Shown: positions 29,204 to 38,923, counted from the first letter of the stretch. The stretch is 64,000 bases of DNA from an uncultured Pseudobdellovibrionaceae bacterium (GCA_964519985.1 CAZFMF010000018.1:4674-68673), one strand, 5' to 3'. A program made the numbers and translations. Notes: generated by a model not told the origin, from the sequence alone.

Positions 29204-30784
29204 ATGATCTATCTGGCGATACAAACTTTCGCGTGGTTGGCGGTGACGGCCGCCATCTTTTTTGGACTCGGGTATGCGTTTCACCGCCGCTTCGCGCGTG
29301 CGCGGGTAGTGGTCAGCGATCAGCCGCCTACGGATCCCCCGCCGCACCGCTCGACCGATGAATTCGATAAAGTCGTTCGCGATTTGCGCACACGCCTTTT
29401 GGAAAAAGAACGCGATCTCGCCGAGCTCCTCGAATCCGTTCCGCAATCGGAGCGGCCCCAGCCGAATCCGGAAGATGCGGCCCGGATGGCGCGCTTAGAG
29501 TCGGAACTCGCCGAAATCCACTCGGCTTACGACAAGCAAGTGGCGCGTAACCGGGAGATGGAAGCCCGATGCTTAGAGCTCGCGCAGGAGTTGAAGTCTC
29601 GTGCGGAAATGCCAATCGCTCCGGTTTCGACTTCCGAGCCCGACCACCGGGAAATGGAGGAAATGCATTCCCGCCTTGAAGGTTTAATGGCCGAGGTGGC
29701 GCTGAAAACCGCGCAAGCGGAGGCGATTCAAATCGAACTCGATCGCATGCGTTCCGAAACAGTCGCTCGTTCCGAATTTGAAACCGTGCGTGCCGAACTC
29801 GCGCAACGCGAGGCCGAGCTCTCCGCCAAGAGCAATCTCTTGGTTCAGCGGGAGGCGGATTTGGAAATGATGCGCCAAGCGGCGGAGGAGGCCGCGGGCC
29901 CTTCGACCGTGATCGCCAGCCTCGGCGACTCCGAACTCAATGAATTGCGAGAAGAGCTCGAACGTAAAGTCGGTGAAATTTCGGATTACCAAGCCCGCGT
30001 GGAGACTTTAGAAGGTCAACTCTACGAACGCGAGTATCTCCTGCAGGTGGCGCGTTCCCAACAAGAGCGCGAACGCGACGACCTAGCCCGGGCCGCCGAT
30101 GCGATTTGGGAGGATGGCGAGACCGTACTGGAAGAGACTCCCCTAGAAATCGAAATGCCTCCCGTTTCGGTTTCGGCCACCGGCACGCCGGAATGGGCGA
30201 AGCGAATGGAGGCGGAGTTTCGCCAAAAGATTAGCCTACTCGAAGCCACGATTGAAAATCTGCGCAACGAGAACGAGATGGCATTGCTGACCGCTCTGGA
30301 AATGAACCGGGCACTAGATCACTCTACGCCGGCCGAATCCCCGACCGCCCCCCGGTGGGAACCGCCGCCAGAATTTCTCGAGCTGCGGGAACGCGAGGCG
30401 GCGGTGGATGCATTATGGAAAGCCGAGAAGGACGCGGAGAAAGAAAAGCTGCGCCGTTCGGTGGAAAACCTCAAGCACTCGCTCGACGCCAAGGAAAGAG
30501 CCATCGAGGACCTGGGTCATCAGCTGGAGAATCTCTCCGGCAAGCTCGATCCGAAACTCGTCGGTGATGACAACCTTGAGCTAATCAAAGGCATTGGACC
30601 TTTTACCCGCAAGCTCCTGGAAAAGGAATTTGGGATTACCTCGTTTGCGCAATTAGCCAAACTCACGTCGGCGGAACAGGCGAAGGTTTCGGAACGGCTC
30701 TTCTTCAAGAATCAGATTGAGCGCGACGACTGGCGCGCGCAGGCGCGCGAGCTGCACCTTAAGAAATACGGCGAAACGCCCTAA
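29204..30784 (+). CDS. Membrane-anchored long coiled-coil protein with a C-terminal helix-hairpin-helix-like motif
   Basis: N-terminal TM 'LAIQTFAWLAVTAAIFFGLGYAF'. About 400 aa of heptad-rich E/R/A/L sequence. C-terminal 'LELIKGIGPFTRKLLEKEFGITSFAQLAKLT'. Starts 3 nt after the OmpA-family gene. Confidence 0.5.
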   Translation: MIYLAIQTFAWLAVTAAIFFGLGYAFHRRFARARVVVSDQPPTDPPPHRSTDEFDKVVRDLRTRLLEKERDLAELLESVPQSERPQPNPEDAARMARLESELAEIHSAYDKQVARNREMEARCLELAQELKSRAEMPIAPVSTSEPDHREMEEMHSRLEGLMAEVALKTAQAEAIQIELDRMRSETVARSEFETVRAELAQREAELSAKSNLLVQREADLEMMRQAAEEAAGPSTVIASLGDSELNELREELERKVGEISDYQARVETLEGQLYEREYLLQVARSQQERERDDLARAADAIWEDGETVLEETPLEIEMPPVSVSATGTPEWAKRMEAEFRQKISLLEATIENLRNENEMALLTALEMNRALDHSTPAESPTAPRWEPPPEFLELREREAAVDALWKAEKDAEKEKLRRSVENLKHSLDAKERAIEDLGHQLENLSGKLDPKLVGDDNLELIKGIGPFTRKLLEKEFGITSFAQLAKLTSAEQAKVSERLFFKNQIERDDWRAQARELHLKKYGETP

Positions 30785-31642
30785 TCACTTCGCCGTGAGT
30801 GGCCCGTAGAGATCGGGACGCCGGTCGCGAAAAAAGCCCCACGCCGCACGCGTGGCGCGAATGTCTTCCAAGTCGAAGGTCGCAGTAATGATACCTTCTT
30901 TTTCCGCCGGGAGTTCCGCTCGGAAGGTTCCCCCCTCATCGCAGATAAAGCTATGCCCGTAAAAGGTTTGGGAACCTTCCCGGCCGATGCGATTCGCGGC
31001 CACGACCGGAATCACGTTCGACACCGCGTGGCCGACCATGGCGCGCTGCCATCGATCTTTAGTCGCTAGGGGATCCGGATTAGCGGGTTCCGATCCGATC
31101 GCCGTCGGATAGAGCAAAACATTGGCACCTTGCAAAACCATCGCGCGCGCGCATTCCGGAAACCATTGATCCCAGCAAATCCCAACGCCAATCGTGCCGA
31201 AAGCGGTCGGCCAAACGCGAAATCCCGTGTTACCCGGATTGAAGTAGTATTTTTCCTCATAACCCGGGCCATCCGGAATATGGCTCTTCCGGTACAAACC
31301 CATTACTTCCCCAGTTACGTTCAACATGGCGACGCTATTGTAATAAGCTTGTCCATCGCGTTCGAAGAATGAAATCGGCAGTGCGACCTGGAGTGACCGC
31401 GCCAGCTTCGCGAAATGGTCGATAATCGGATTTTCATTGGCGGGCATCGCCCGCGCAAAAAATTCTTGCTTCTCCTCTTTGCAAAAATAATGGCCGTGAA
31501 AGAGCTCGGAGGGAAGAATCACCTGTGCGCCATCTTTGGCCGCTTTCTCGACCCAATGAGAAATTTTTTCCGTGTTTTCTTTTGGGCTGTCGGTCAGCGC
31601 GCACTGGATCGCGGCCACCGTAACCTTCGACGGCTTTTTCAT
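30785..31642 (-). CDS. aguB: N-carbamoylputrescine amidohydrolase (carbon-nitrogen hydrolase family)
   Basis: 'VTVAAIQCALTDSPKENTEKI...GLYRKSHIPDGPGYEEKYYFNPGNTGFRVW...IGVGICWDQWFPE'. The Met start at ~31642 overlaps the aguA stop. The track's N-terminal extension is Arg-rich junk. Confidence 0.85.
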   Translation of the reverse strand: MKKPSKVTVAAIQCALTDSPKENTEKISHWVEKAAKDGAQVILPSELFHGHYFCKEEKQEFFARAMPANENPIIDHFAKLARSLQVALPISFFERDGQAYYNSVAMLNVTGEVMGLYRKSHIPDGPGYEEKYYFNPGNTGFRVWPTAFGTIGVGICWDQWFPECARAMVLQGANVLLYPTAIGSEPANPDPLATKDRWQRAMVGHAVSNVIPVVAANRIGREGSQTFYGHSFICDEGGTFRAELPAEKEGIITATFDLEDIRATRAAWGFFRDRRPDLYGPLTAK

Positions 31643-32676
31643 CCGATTTCCTTTTCTAGAGGTTGTTGCTGGGTGACGCAATGAAAGGCGCCACCGCCGC
31701 TCAGAATGGCTTTCGCCGAGCAGCCGAAAACCTTTCGACCGGGGAAAAGCTTCGCGATCGCTTCCACCGCCGCTGGGCCCGAAGGCGTGCCGTAGGTCGG
31801 CACGACAACGGAATGGTTCGCAACGTAGAAGTTCACGTGGCTGGCGGCGAGCACTTCCCCGGCCTGATTCTGCACGCATCCCGGCGAGGGAACGCGGTGA
31901 ACTTTGAGCGTGCGGCCTTGGGCATCGGTCATGCCCGCCAACGCTTCGGCGATGGAATCAAGAACGGTGGCATTAGGATCGTCCGATCCGGACGGTGACA
32001 TGCAGACGACCTCGCCGGGCGCGGTGAAGCGGGCAATCGTATCGATATGTCCATCGGTATGATCATTAATCAGACCTTCTTTCAGCCAAAGCGTCTTGCG
32101 GATGCCAAAGATGTTGTTCAACCGATCTTCGAGTTGCTGGCGATCGAAGTCGGGGTTTCGGTTGGGATTGAGTAGGCACTGCTCGCTGGTCAGGCAAGTC
32201 CCTTCGCCATCGACTTCGATGGAACCACCTTCGAGAATCCAGTTTTCCAAAATAGAAGGACCGCCGAACGCCTCCGCGACCCGGGCGGCGACATCGGAAT
32301 CGTGGGGAAGGTCATATTTATCGCCCCACCCATTGAAATGGAAGCAGGCCGCCACCAGAGGGCCTTGAAGCTGGCGCACGAAAATCGGGGCGGTGTCGCG
32401 CAACCAGATATCGCCGAAATCGATGTCATAAAACTCCGCTTCAATCCCGGCCAGTCGCTCCTGGGCTTCCTTTCGGCGCTTCGTGGTGGGCACCAAGACA
32501 TTGAGTTTTTCCGGGCGTCCACCCGGAGGAGAGTAAGCAATGGCGCGACAAAGTCCGACAAACTCGTCCTGCACCGTGCGCAGATCTTCACCCCAAAGAT
32601 CGGCGGCGCTGGGCCAAGCGACCCAGCAAGCCGCGTGCGATTCCCATTCGGCCGGCATGCGGTATTTCATGGCCAT
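31639..32676 (-). CDS. aguA: Agmatine deiminase
   Basis: 'MAMKYRMPAEWESHAACWVAWP...' agmatine deiminase / PAD_porph family. Directly upstream of aguB. Confidence 0.85.
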   Translation of the reverse strand: MAMKYRMPAEWESHAACWVAWPSAADLWGEDLRTVQDEFVGLCRAIAYSPPGGRPEKLNVLVPTTKRRKEAQERLAGIEAEFYDIDFGDIWLRDTAPIFVRQLQGPLVAACFHFNGWGDKYDLPHDSDVAARVAEAFGGPSILENWILEGGSIEVDGEGTCLTSEQCLLNPNRNPDFDRQQLEDRLNNIFGIRKTLWLKEGLINDHTDGHIDTIARFTAPGEVVCMSPSGSDDPNATVLDSIAEALAGMTDAQGRTLKVHRVPSPGCVQNQAGEVLAASHVNFYVANHSVVVPTYGTPSGPAAVEAIAKLFPGRKVFGCSAKAILSGGGAFHCVTQQQPLEKEIG

Positions 32677-33431
32677 TGCCTACCATGAATGCGGACAGGG
32701 TGCACCTCCGTATGGTATGGAAACGCGCGATGAATCTCCGTTCCGCCGTCGCCAAAATCAATGGGAAAGGAATTTTGCTCGTCTATCCAATCCAGAATCG
32801 CCCGGAGCCCGCTTCTTTATGGTCGGAGTTCTTTCCCCGGTCGAAGATGCGCTGGGAGTGGGACGACGGAGCCGATGATCGGGTGGCCCGGATGTGGCGC
32901 TTGCGGGAAGCGGTCTCCCGCTCTGGGCAGGCCGTTTACGCGAAATGGTACCAGGGGCGGGCCACTTTTTTTTCGCGCGCCATCTTTCCTTATTTGCTTT
33001 CCGCCCTGCGCGGTTACGAAGGGCAACTCTCGCCGGGCGCGCGCTCGATTCTGCGGGTACTCGAGGAAGATTCGCCGCTATCCACAAAGGAGCTGAAACG
33101 GCGAGGCAATCTTACCGGCAAGGCCGCGGAGAAAACTTACGAGCGATCGCTCAAAGAGCTCTGGTCGAAACTCTTTATTGTGGGATACGGCGAAATCGAC
33201 GATGGGGCATTTCCTTCGTTGGCGATGGGCGCCACCAGCTTGCTCTTCGACGACCTTTGGCATGAGGCCCAATCCCTGGATCCGCAGGCGGCCGAGGCGG
33301 AGCTGCGCCGGCGCTTGGGGGCCGACTCCCACTTTTACAAGCAGTTTCTGAAAAATCGCGGCGTCTCCGGCACGGGCGGGGTGCAAACCCTAAAGGGCAC
33401 CTTGCGTTACGAAGATCTCGTTAAAAAGTGA
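32676..33431 (+). CDS. Hypothetical protein (possibly winged-helix YcaQ/AlkZ-like); start uncertain
   Basis: Plausible codon usage. The start collides with the divergent aguA start, so an internal Met (~32712 or ~32730) is more likely. Confidence 0.3.
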   Translation: MPTMNADRVHLRMVWKRAMNLRSAVAKINGKGILLVYPIQNRPEPASLWSEFFPRSKMRWEWDDGADDRVARMWRLREAVSRSGQAVYAKWYQGRATFFSRAIFPYLLSALRGYEGQLSPGARSILRVLEEDSPLSTKELKRRGNLTGKAAEKTYERSLKELWSKLFIVGYGEIDDGAFPSLAMGATSLLFDDLWHEAQSLDPQAAEAELRRRLGADSHFYKQFLKNRGVSGTGGVQTLKGTLRYEDLVKK

Positions 33432-34827
33432 TCGGCGGATCTGGACAGCCGATCGGTAGATAGGCGCGCAACGGTCCGCGTCGCGCATTGTGGCGATTCA
33501 ACTTCACCAATAGCGATTCCACGAAGGCCGGCTCAAAACGGGCCACTTCCCGAAAGCGCGTTTCCCATTTTCCGTCGAGTACTAAATCCCAGCGGACGAT
33601 TGCAACGCGTTGGCAATCTTGGTGCGCGTAATCGGCCGGTTCGGCATCCGCCCAGGCAATCGGCCGAAGTAAGAAGGCCTGGGGTCGCAAGACGAGGGCC
33701 CGATCCATGGAGTCTACCCGTACGATCGTCGCATGTTCGGCGAGCCAGCGGGATAGGCCGATCAGATTGCGCTGGGGAACGTTGGCGCAGGCGAGAACGA
33801 GCAGTGCGCTATTGGTTCCCAAGAACCAGTAACGGCGCCAACGTTGACCATTTTTCCACAAATAGCTTGCCGCCGGAACTAAGAGAAAGAGGAGCAAGGG
33901 CAGCACCGGAACCAGGAAGCGCTCTTCCTTATGTGGCGAAAGGGAGTGGGATAAAAGAAAGACGACAAAATACAGCAGGGGGGCCAGGAGGGGCCGATAG
34001 GCTTTTTTCCATTTGAAACCCGGATAGTGCGCAAAGAAGGTCGGCGGCAGCGTCAGTGCGACGGAGAGGAGCAGAAAAACGTAGAACGGCATCTTGCCGA
34101 AGATTTCGCCCGCGCGCAGACAGTAGATACAATAGGCGATGAGCTGCCCATGAAAACGGCCCTGGACGAAATAGTCCAAAAGACCAGTCAGGAAAAATAG
34201 CCCGCTGGCCGCTAGCGCCAGCAGCACGGCGTCGGACCACCGGCGCCGGTAAGCGACGAGAAAAAACAGCGCAGCCCCGCAAATTCCCGATTGAAAACGG
34301 AGCATGGAGGCCAGCGCAAGTAACGCCGTAGCTCCCAGGAGCGAAGATCGGGACCCGTGGTTCGCGTACCCCGCCGCCACGACCGCACTCCAAGTTAAGA
34401 AGGGCATCGCCAGCGTTTCGATCATGGGTCGGGTGGAAAACAGCGGCATGGCGAAATGAAAACAAATAAGAAAGTAGGCGAAAGTCAGCGCCATCGCATC
34501 CGGCGCGTCGGAAAAAAGGCGCCGCGTCGCAGCGATATTCAACCCGAAACAAAGCAGCCCGACCAGGATGAGCGCGAATTGAAGCTGCGAAAACGGATGG
34601 GTGAGTCCCATCGCGAGGGCGATTCGCGTGAAAGAGGACAGAATGGCCCGCGGTAAAACTGGATGGATGCCGCTTTGCAGCACGGTGGAAAAAGGGCGCG
34701 CGTTTTGGGCGGGAATCATCTCCGAGAAACCGTTCTCGTAATCGTCGATAGCGATGATTCCCGGATTGAAAAAACCGGTGAACAAAACCAAACCGAGCCC
34801 GACTATAAGCATCCCGCGATTTAGCAT
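33421..34827 (-). CDS. GT-C mannosyltransferase-like membrane protein with an Alg9/PIG-B-type HKEERF motif (GT22-like)
   Basis: Polytopic protein. 'IAIDDYENGFSEM' acidic first loop. 'LSHSLSPHKEERFLVPVLP' (nt ~33916-33933) matches the HKEXRF signature of the Dol-P-Man-dependent Alg9/Alg12/PIG-B family. The start is set at an internal Met because the track start (34899) collides with the divergent lipoprotein gene. Confidence 0.65.
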   Translation of the reverse strand: MLNRGMLIVGLGLVLFTGFFNPGIIAIDDYENGFSEMIPAQNARPFSTVLQSGIHPVLPRAILSSFTRIALAMGLTHPFSQLQFALILVGLLCFGLNIAATRRLFSDAPDAMALTFAYFLICFHFAMPLFSTRPMIETLAMPFLTWSAVVAAGYANHGSRSSLLGATALLALASMLRFQSGICGAALFFLVAYRRRWSDAVLLALAASGLFFLTGLLDYFVQGRFHGQLIAYCIYCLRAGEIFGKMPFYVFLLLSVALTLPPTFFAHYPGFKWKKAYRPLLAPLLYFVVFLLSHSLSPHKEERFLVPVLPLLLFLLVPAASYLWKNGQRWRRYWFLGTNSALLVLACANVPQRNLIGLSRWLAEHATIVRVDSMDRALVLRPQAFLLRPIAWADAEPADYAHQDCQRVAIVRWDLVLDGKWETRFREVARFEPAFVESLLVKLNRHNARRGPLRAYLPIGCPDPPITF

Positions 34828-34897
34828 CCGGAAAGACTCTACGGCGAATCTTATCCTGGACGCCAGTCCGGATATTCGCGATAATGGGGGCAATCCC

Positions 34898-36559
34898 ATG
34901 AAAAAAGCTCAACGCACTCGTTTGGTGGTGGGTTCCCTCCTCGGTGGATTCGCTTGTCTTCTGCTTTGGGTTAGCGGCTGCGGCCGGGCGATTCCGCTGG
35001 ACACCGGAGGAATCCTTGGTGATGCCGTCGTTGGTGATGGAGGAACCCGAACCGATGGTTCGGACTTAGGCGCCATCTACCCGGTGACTACGGTGGTGCA
35101 AGTGACCGCCGGCCCGACGATTACCGGCTTTACTCCCCCCGGCGATTTGCCCTTTCCCGATCCGGCGATTGGCTTCAACGATTTCACGCTGAACCGTCAG
35201 GTGCCGTTCAGTTTCAATTTCTCGTTTCCGCCGAATAACTATCAGTTGTATGCCGCGCATTTGGTGATCGATACGAATCGCGATGCTTCGGATACCGAGG
35301 GTATCTTCGTCGATGGCGTGTTGACGGGACGTCCGCCGAGCGTGAACGCTTCGTGCCCCAAGACCACGAACCATCACTATCTCGGGAATAGCTTCGCCAA
35401 TCCCGTGAACAACTATTACATGCAATTTTCCCTCGAGCATTACCTGCAGAACGTGCGCAATACGTTCGACTTGGACATCTCCGAGCTGTTGAAGCCCACC
35501 ACCAAGACGATTTACAACGTCTTGAGCGACGGCTTCCTACCGGTAGTGACGGCGGACGATTCGCCGGTCTACCAAGCCTTCTTGGTTCTGGATGGGTATA
35601 CGATTTCTAAGACCGCGCTGACTTGCAGCACCCTCGGACCGTATACGTACGAAAACGTTTACGTGCATAATGATGGCAACTCCATCAGCACGCCCGCCTT
35701 CACCGGCACGGTCGAATCGCCGATTACGTCGGTAAGCAGCGGCGTTTCCGGTTTCAAATCCATTGAGTTCTATTTCGACCCCAAACTTCCGCGCGTTCCG
35801 ATTGGCGATATCACGCTCGCGAGCGGGTCGGTCTCCTTGCAGGTCACCCGCAATGGTTTGGGCGCGGGGATCGTCGTCAACGGCGTGGGCGTTTCGGATG
35901 CGACGTTCGATCGCACGCAAGCCAGTGCGGTCGTCGAGTCGTGGGACGACAGCACCACGGCGGTCAACTACTGGAACAGCTTGCTCGCCACCATCCCCAT
36001 CGATCTGACGCCGACCACGATCACTTTGAATCTGCGATCGATGTTCGGTGAGACCAAATTGAAGACGCTTCTGGCGCAGGGGAAGTTGAACATCGCCTTG
36101 GCGGGCGGGTTTCGGCGAGTCACCGCGAGTGCGGCGACGAGCACCCGCACTTACGGTACGGCGGTGACCGGCCCGAACTTGACGTTGAACGGAACTTACG
36201 TGAACAAGCCGTGCACGATTCCCAGCGACGCTTCGTCTCCGCTCACCGGTGGCGGCGTGACGCCTACCTTGCCCGGTGATACGACGAGTCCGCAGATCAT
36301 CTCGGCCCAGGCGACCGAAATCACGAATACGACCGCGAGCGTGGTTTGGTTGACCGACGAAGGGGCGGACACGCAGCTGGCTTACGGAGTGGCGAACACG
36401 GACACGTTAACGACGCTCGACTCGACCCAAACCACGTTCCACAAGGTGAGTCTGACGGGGTTGCTCCCTTATAAATATTATTATTACAAAATTAGGACGA
36501 AGGACGGGAACGGCAACCTGACCGAATCGGGCGTGAAAGTATTCCGAACCCTAAGGTGA
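34898..36559 (+). CDS. Lipoprotein with a C-terminal fibronectin-III-like (purple-acid-phosphatase-N-like) domain
   Basis: 'MKKAQRTRLVVGSLLGGFACLLLWVSGC' lipobox. C-terminal 'SPQIISAQATEITNTTASVVWLTDEGADTQLAYGV...YKYYYYKIRTKDGNGN'. Confidence 0.55.
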   Translation: MKKAQRTRLVVGSLLGGFACLLLWVSGCGRAIPLDTGGILGDAVVGDGGTRTDGSDLGAIYPVTTVVQVTAGPTITGFTPPGDLPFPDPAIGFNDFTLNRQVPFSFNFSFPPNNYQLYAAHLVIDTNRDASDTEGIFVDGVLTGRPPSVNASCPKTTNHHYLGNSFANPVNNYYMQFSLEHYLQNVRNTFDLDISELLKPTTKTIYNVLSDGFLPVVTADDSPVYQAFLVLDGYTISKTALTCSTLGPYTYENVYVHNDGNSISTPAFTGTVESPITSVSSGVSGFKSIEFYFDPKLPRVPIGDITLASGSVSLQVTRNGLGAGIVVNGVGVSDATFDRTQASAVVESWDDSTTAVNYWNSLLATIPIDLTPTTITLNLRSMFGETKLKTLLAQGKLNIALAGGFRRVTASAATSTRTYGTAVTGPNLTLNGTYVNKPCTIPSDASSPLTGGGVTPTLPGDTTSPQIISAQATEITNTTASVVWLTDEGADTQLAYGVANTDTLTTLDSTQTTFHKVSLTGLLPYKYYYYKIRTKDGNGNLTESGVKVFRTLR

Positions 36560-37107
36560 AAAACTCTATGCGAAACGCAAAACTCTGGCTCTTGGGCTTG
36601 ATGGCGATGGGTGCCGCGCCGGCATTCGGCGGAATGATGGGAATGAATGTTTCGGCCACCACGCTGGCGCTGACAAGCTCCACGCAGCAAGGTGGACAAG
36701 GCCCAAAGGGTTCGACCGTCCTCCTGCAGGGGGACATGGTTTACAACTGGTCCTGGTACGGGATCGGGATGTTCTACCTTTTCGATATCCAGGGCAGTAG
36801 CCAAAAGGACCATATGTTCGGTCCGAAGCTGGAACTCCACTACGATGTGTTCTACATCGAAGGCGGATGGGCGCCACTAACGCGTCGTGACTTCACGGAC
36901 CGCAGCATTGCTACCCAAAAGGGGAATGGCTGGTTCGTGGGGGTGGGAATTCGTTTCGGACTGGAAGGGGATGCCGGCGGTTGGTTCTTCCAGGCCTCGT
37001 ACAAACTTCGGTTCCAAAACATCAAGACGCAAGACGGCGTGGAATTGACCGAACCCATTTCGATTAAAGACGGTTACCCACTGGTGGGTATCGGGATGAA
37101 CTTCTAG
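36556..37107 (+). CDS. Small outer-membrane β-barrel protein (OmpW/OmpA-β-barrel-like)
   Basis: Signal peptide 'MRNAKLWLLGLMAMGAAPAFG'. Alternating amphipathic strands. Terminal Phe ('GIGMNF'). Confidence 0.5.
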   Translation: MKNSMRNAKLWLLGLMAMGAAPAFGGMMGMNVSATTLALTSSTQQGGQGPKGSTVLLQGDMVYNWSWYGIGMFYLFDIQGSSQKDHMFGPKLELHYDVFYIEGGWAPLTRRDFTDRSIATQKGNGWFVGVGIRFGLEGDAGGWFFQASYKLRFQNIKTQDGVELTEPISIKDGYPLVGIGMNF

Positions 37108-37118
37108 AGGACAAGCGA

Positions 37119-37940
37119 ATGCGGATGCGAACCTTCCTAGCTTGTTTTGTCGCGGGACTAGCAGCAACCACCTGCGGGCGGTCGGCTTCGACCTTGCTGC
37201 GACAAGGGCAGTCACCCGTTTTCGACTTTCCCGTCTACATTAGCGAAGGCGCTCCGGGTCGGGTTTGGAAATACGAACGCGATCGTTCTCGTACGCTCGT
37301 ACTGAGCGGCTTAAGTGACCCGCGCGGCATCGCGAGCGATCGCGCCAACAATCTTTACATCGTCGAGCAAGGGGCAAGTCGCCTCATTAAATACAATACG
37401 GTTTCCGGTGTGACGACGACCGTTGCCGACGCACTAGCGACCCCCACGGTCGTGGCGGTGAATAGTTTTGGGGAGCCTTTCGTGACGCAAGACGGTGCGT
37501 TGAACGTCATCCGCGCGCAAGACAAGCTCGCGATTAAGACGTTCACCTCGCGTCCCTCCGCGCTCGCATTCGGTGTGGAAGACGTGATGATCGTGGGGCT
37601 GTACGATTCCGATCAAGCCGTTTGGGTGTCATCCGGTGAGACGGCGTCCGTAAGCCAACCGGTGGGAATTAGCACCGATGCCACCGGCCGGGTTTACGTA
37701 GCCGAAGGAGCAACGGCCAATGCCCGGGTCGTTCGCTACCAACAACGCGGCCCGAGCGGTGAAGCGGTGGTCGCCGATTCACTGAGCGGCATCGCGGGTC
37801 TCGCCGTGGATCCCGTCGGCAATATTTACGCCGTGGAACAGGGCGCGAACCGGGTGATTTTGATTAGCTTCGATGGAACCCTCTACACGTGGGTCTCCGA
37901 TACCCTGGATCCTCAGTACCTAGCGTTCACTCAGTACTGA
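37119..37940 (+). CDS. Secreted NHL-repeat β-propeller protein
   Basis: Signal peptide. Repeated 'G(I/L)A.D..GN(I/L)YV.E.GANRV' units (e.g. 'GISTDATGRVYVAEGATANARVVRY', 'GLAVDPVGNIYAVEQGANRVILI'). Confidence 0.6.
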   Translation: MRMRTFLACFVAGLAATTCGRSASTLLRQGQSPVFDFPVYISEGAPGRVWKYERDRSRTLVLSGLSDPRGIASDRANNLYIVEQGASRLIKYNTVSGVTTTVADALATPTVVAVNSFGEPFVTQDGALNVIRAQDKLAIKTFTSRPSALAFGVEDVMIVGLYDSDQAVWVSSGETASVSQPVGISTDATGRVYVAEGATANARVVRYQQRGPSGEAVVADSLSGIAGLAVDPVGNIYAVEQGANRVILISFDGTLYTWVSDTLDPQYLAFTQY

Positions 37941-37948
37941 GTTCCGAC

Positions 37949-38923
37949 ATGAACCGAAACCTCATCGGTCTGCTCTTTTCGGTTTTCTCCATTCCCGTCA
38001 TCGAGATTTTCTGCCTCCACCGTATGGTGCATTCCGTACTGGGACCGAATAACACGGTCATTGGAATTTACGGGCGCGACATCTACCTACCGGTACTGCT
38101 GGGTGCCATTCTGGCCATGACCAAGATGCACCGAACCCGCCCCTTCACGTTTTGCCTCCAGCCTAATACCATCGCGGTGAATCTTGCGACGCTGGTTTTT
38201 CTTTCGCTCACGCTGCTGCACCACGATTGGCTCGTGCAAAATATCGGTAGCGAATGCGTCGTTATTTTACTGATCCTGGGTGCACTCCTGATGGCCGCGA
38301 GTGGCCTAACGGTTTTCACTCCGTTTTCGGATCTTCTGGACCGCGTGCGGGTCTTTGGTTCCCGGCTTTGGTACCTTGTCGGTGCGCTGGGACTTCTGTT
38401 CACCTACCCTTATGTCTTAGCCGCGGTTTGGCCTTATTTGGTGAAACTCACCGGATACTCGGTGCTGGCCGCCTTAAAGGTGCTAGGCGTCGGCGTCACT
38501 CGTTTCGACATCGCGCACAGTATCGGAATCCACCATCCACATCTGCGCGCGTCGATCGGAATGGGTTGCTCCGGTCTGGAAGGGATTTTCTTCTTCCTCT
38601 TTGCCTACCTGCTAGTCAGGCTTTTTGCCGGGCGTCGGTCTTCTTGGTGGCGGACTTCGGCGGTGGTCTCGGGCGGCGTGCTCTTCATGTTCGTACTGAA
38701 TGTGTTTCGGATCGTGCTTTTCTTCGGAGTGGCCGTCTTCATCAACCAGGCGAGTTCGCAACCCCACGGGCGAGCGTTCTTTGTTTGGGCTTTTCACGAA
38801 AACATTGGGTGGATTCTGTATTTGGCCGGCATTGTGGGTTTCTTCCACTGCTTTGGTCGCTATTTCACGGACGCCCGGGTGGCAGAAGCGGCGCCGGGAG
38901 CGGTTTCTCAATCTCTTTCTTGA
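37949..38923 (+). CDS. Exosortase/archaeosortase-family-like polytopic membrane protein
   Basis: About 8 TM helices, with 'GMGCSGLEGIFFF' (Cys-Ser-Gly), 'LNVFRIVLFF' (Asn-x-x-Arg) and 'AFHENIGW' (His) in the order seen in exosortases. The start is at an internal Met (MNRNLIGLLF). Confidence 0.6.
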   Translation: MNRNLIGLLFSVFSIPVIEIFCLHRMVHSVLGPNNTVIGIYGRDIYLPVLLGAILAMTKMHRTRPFTFCLQPNTIAVNLATLVFLSLTLLHHDWLVQNIGSECVVILLILGALLMAASGLTVFTPFSDLLDRVRVFGSRLWYLVGALGLLFTYPYVLAAVWPYLVKLTGYSVLAALKVLGVGVTRFDIAHSIGIHHPHLRASIGMGCSGLEGIFFFLFAYLLVRLFAGRRSSWWRTSAVVSGGVLFMFVLNVFRIVLFFGVAVFINQASSQPHGRAFFVWAFHENIGWILYLAGIVGFFHCFGRYFTDARVAEAAPGAVSQSLS

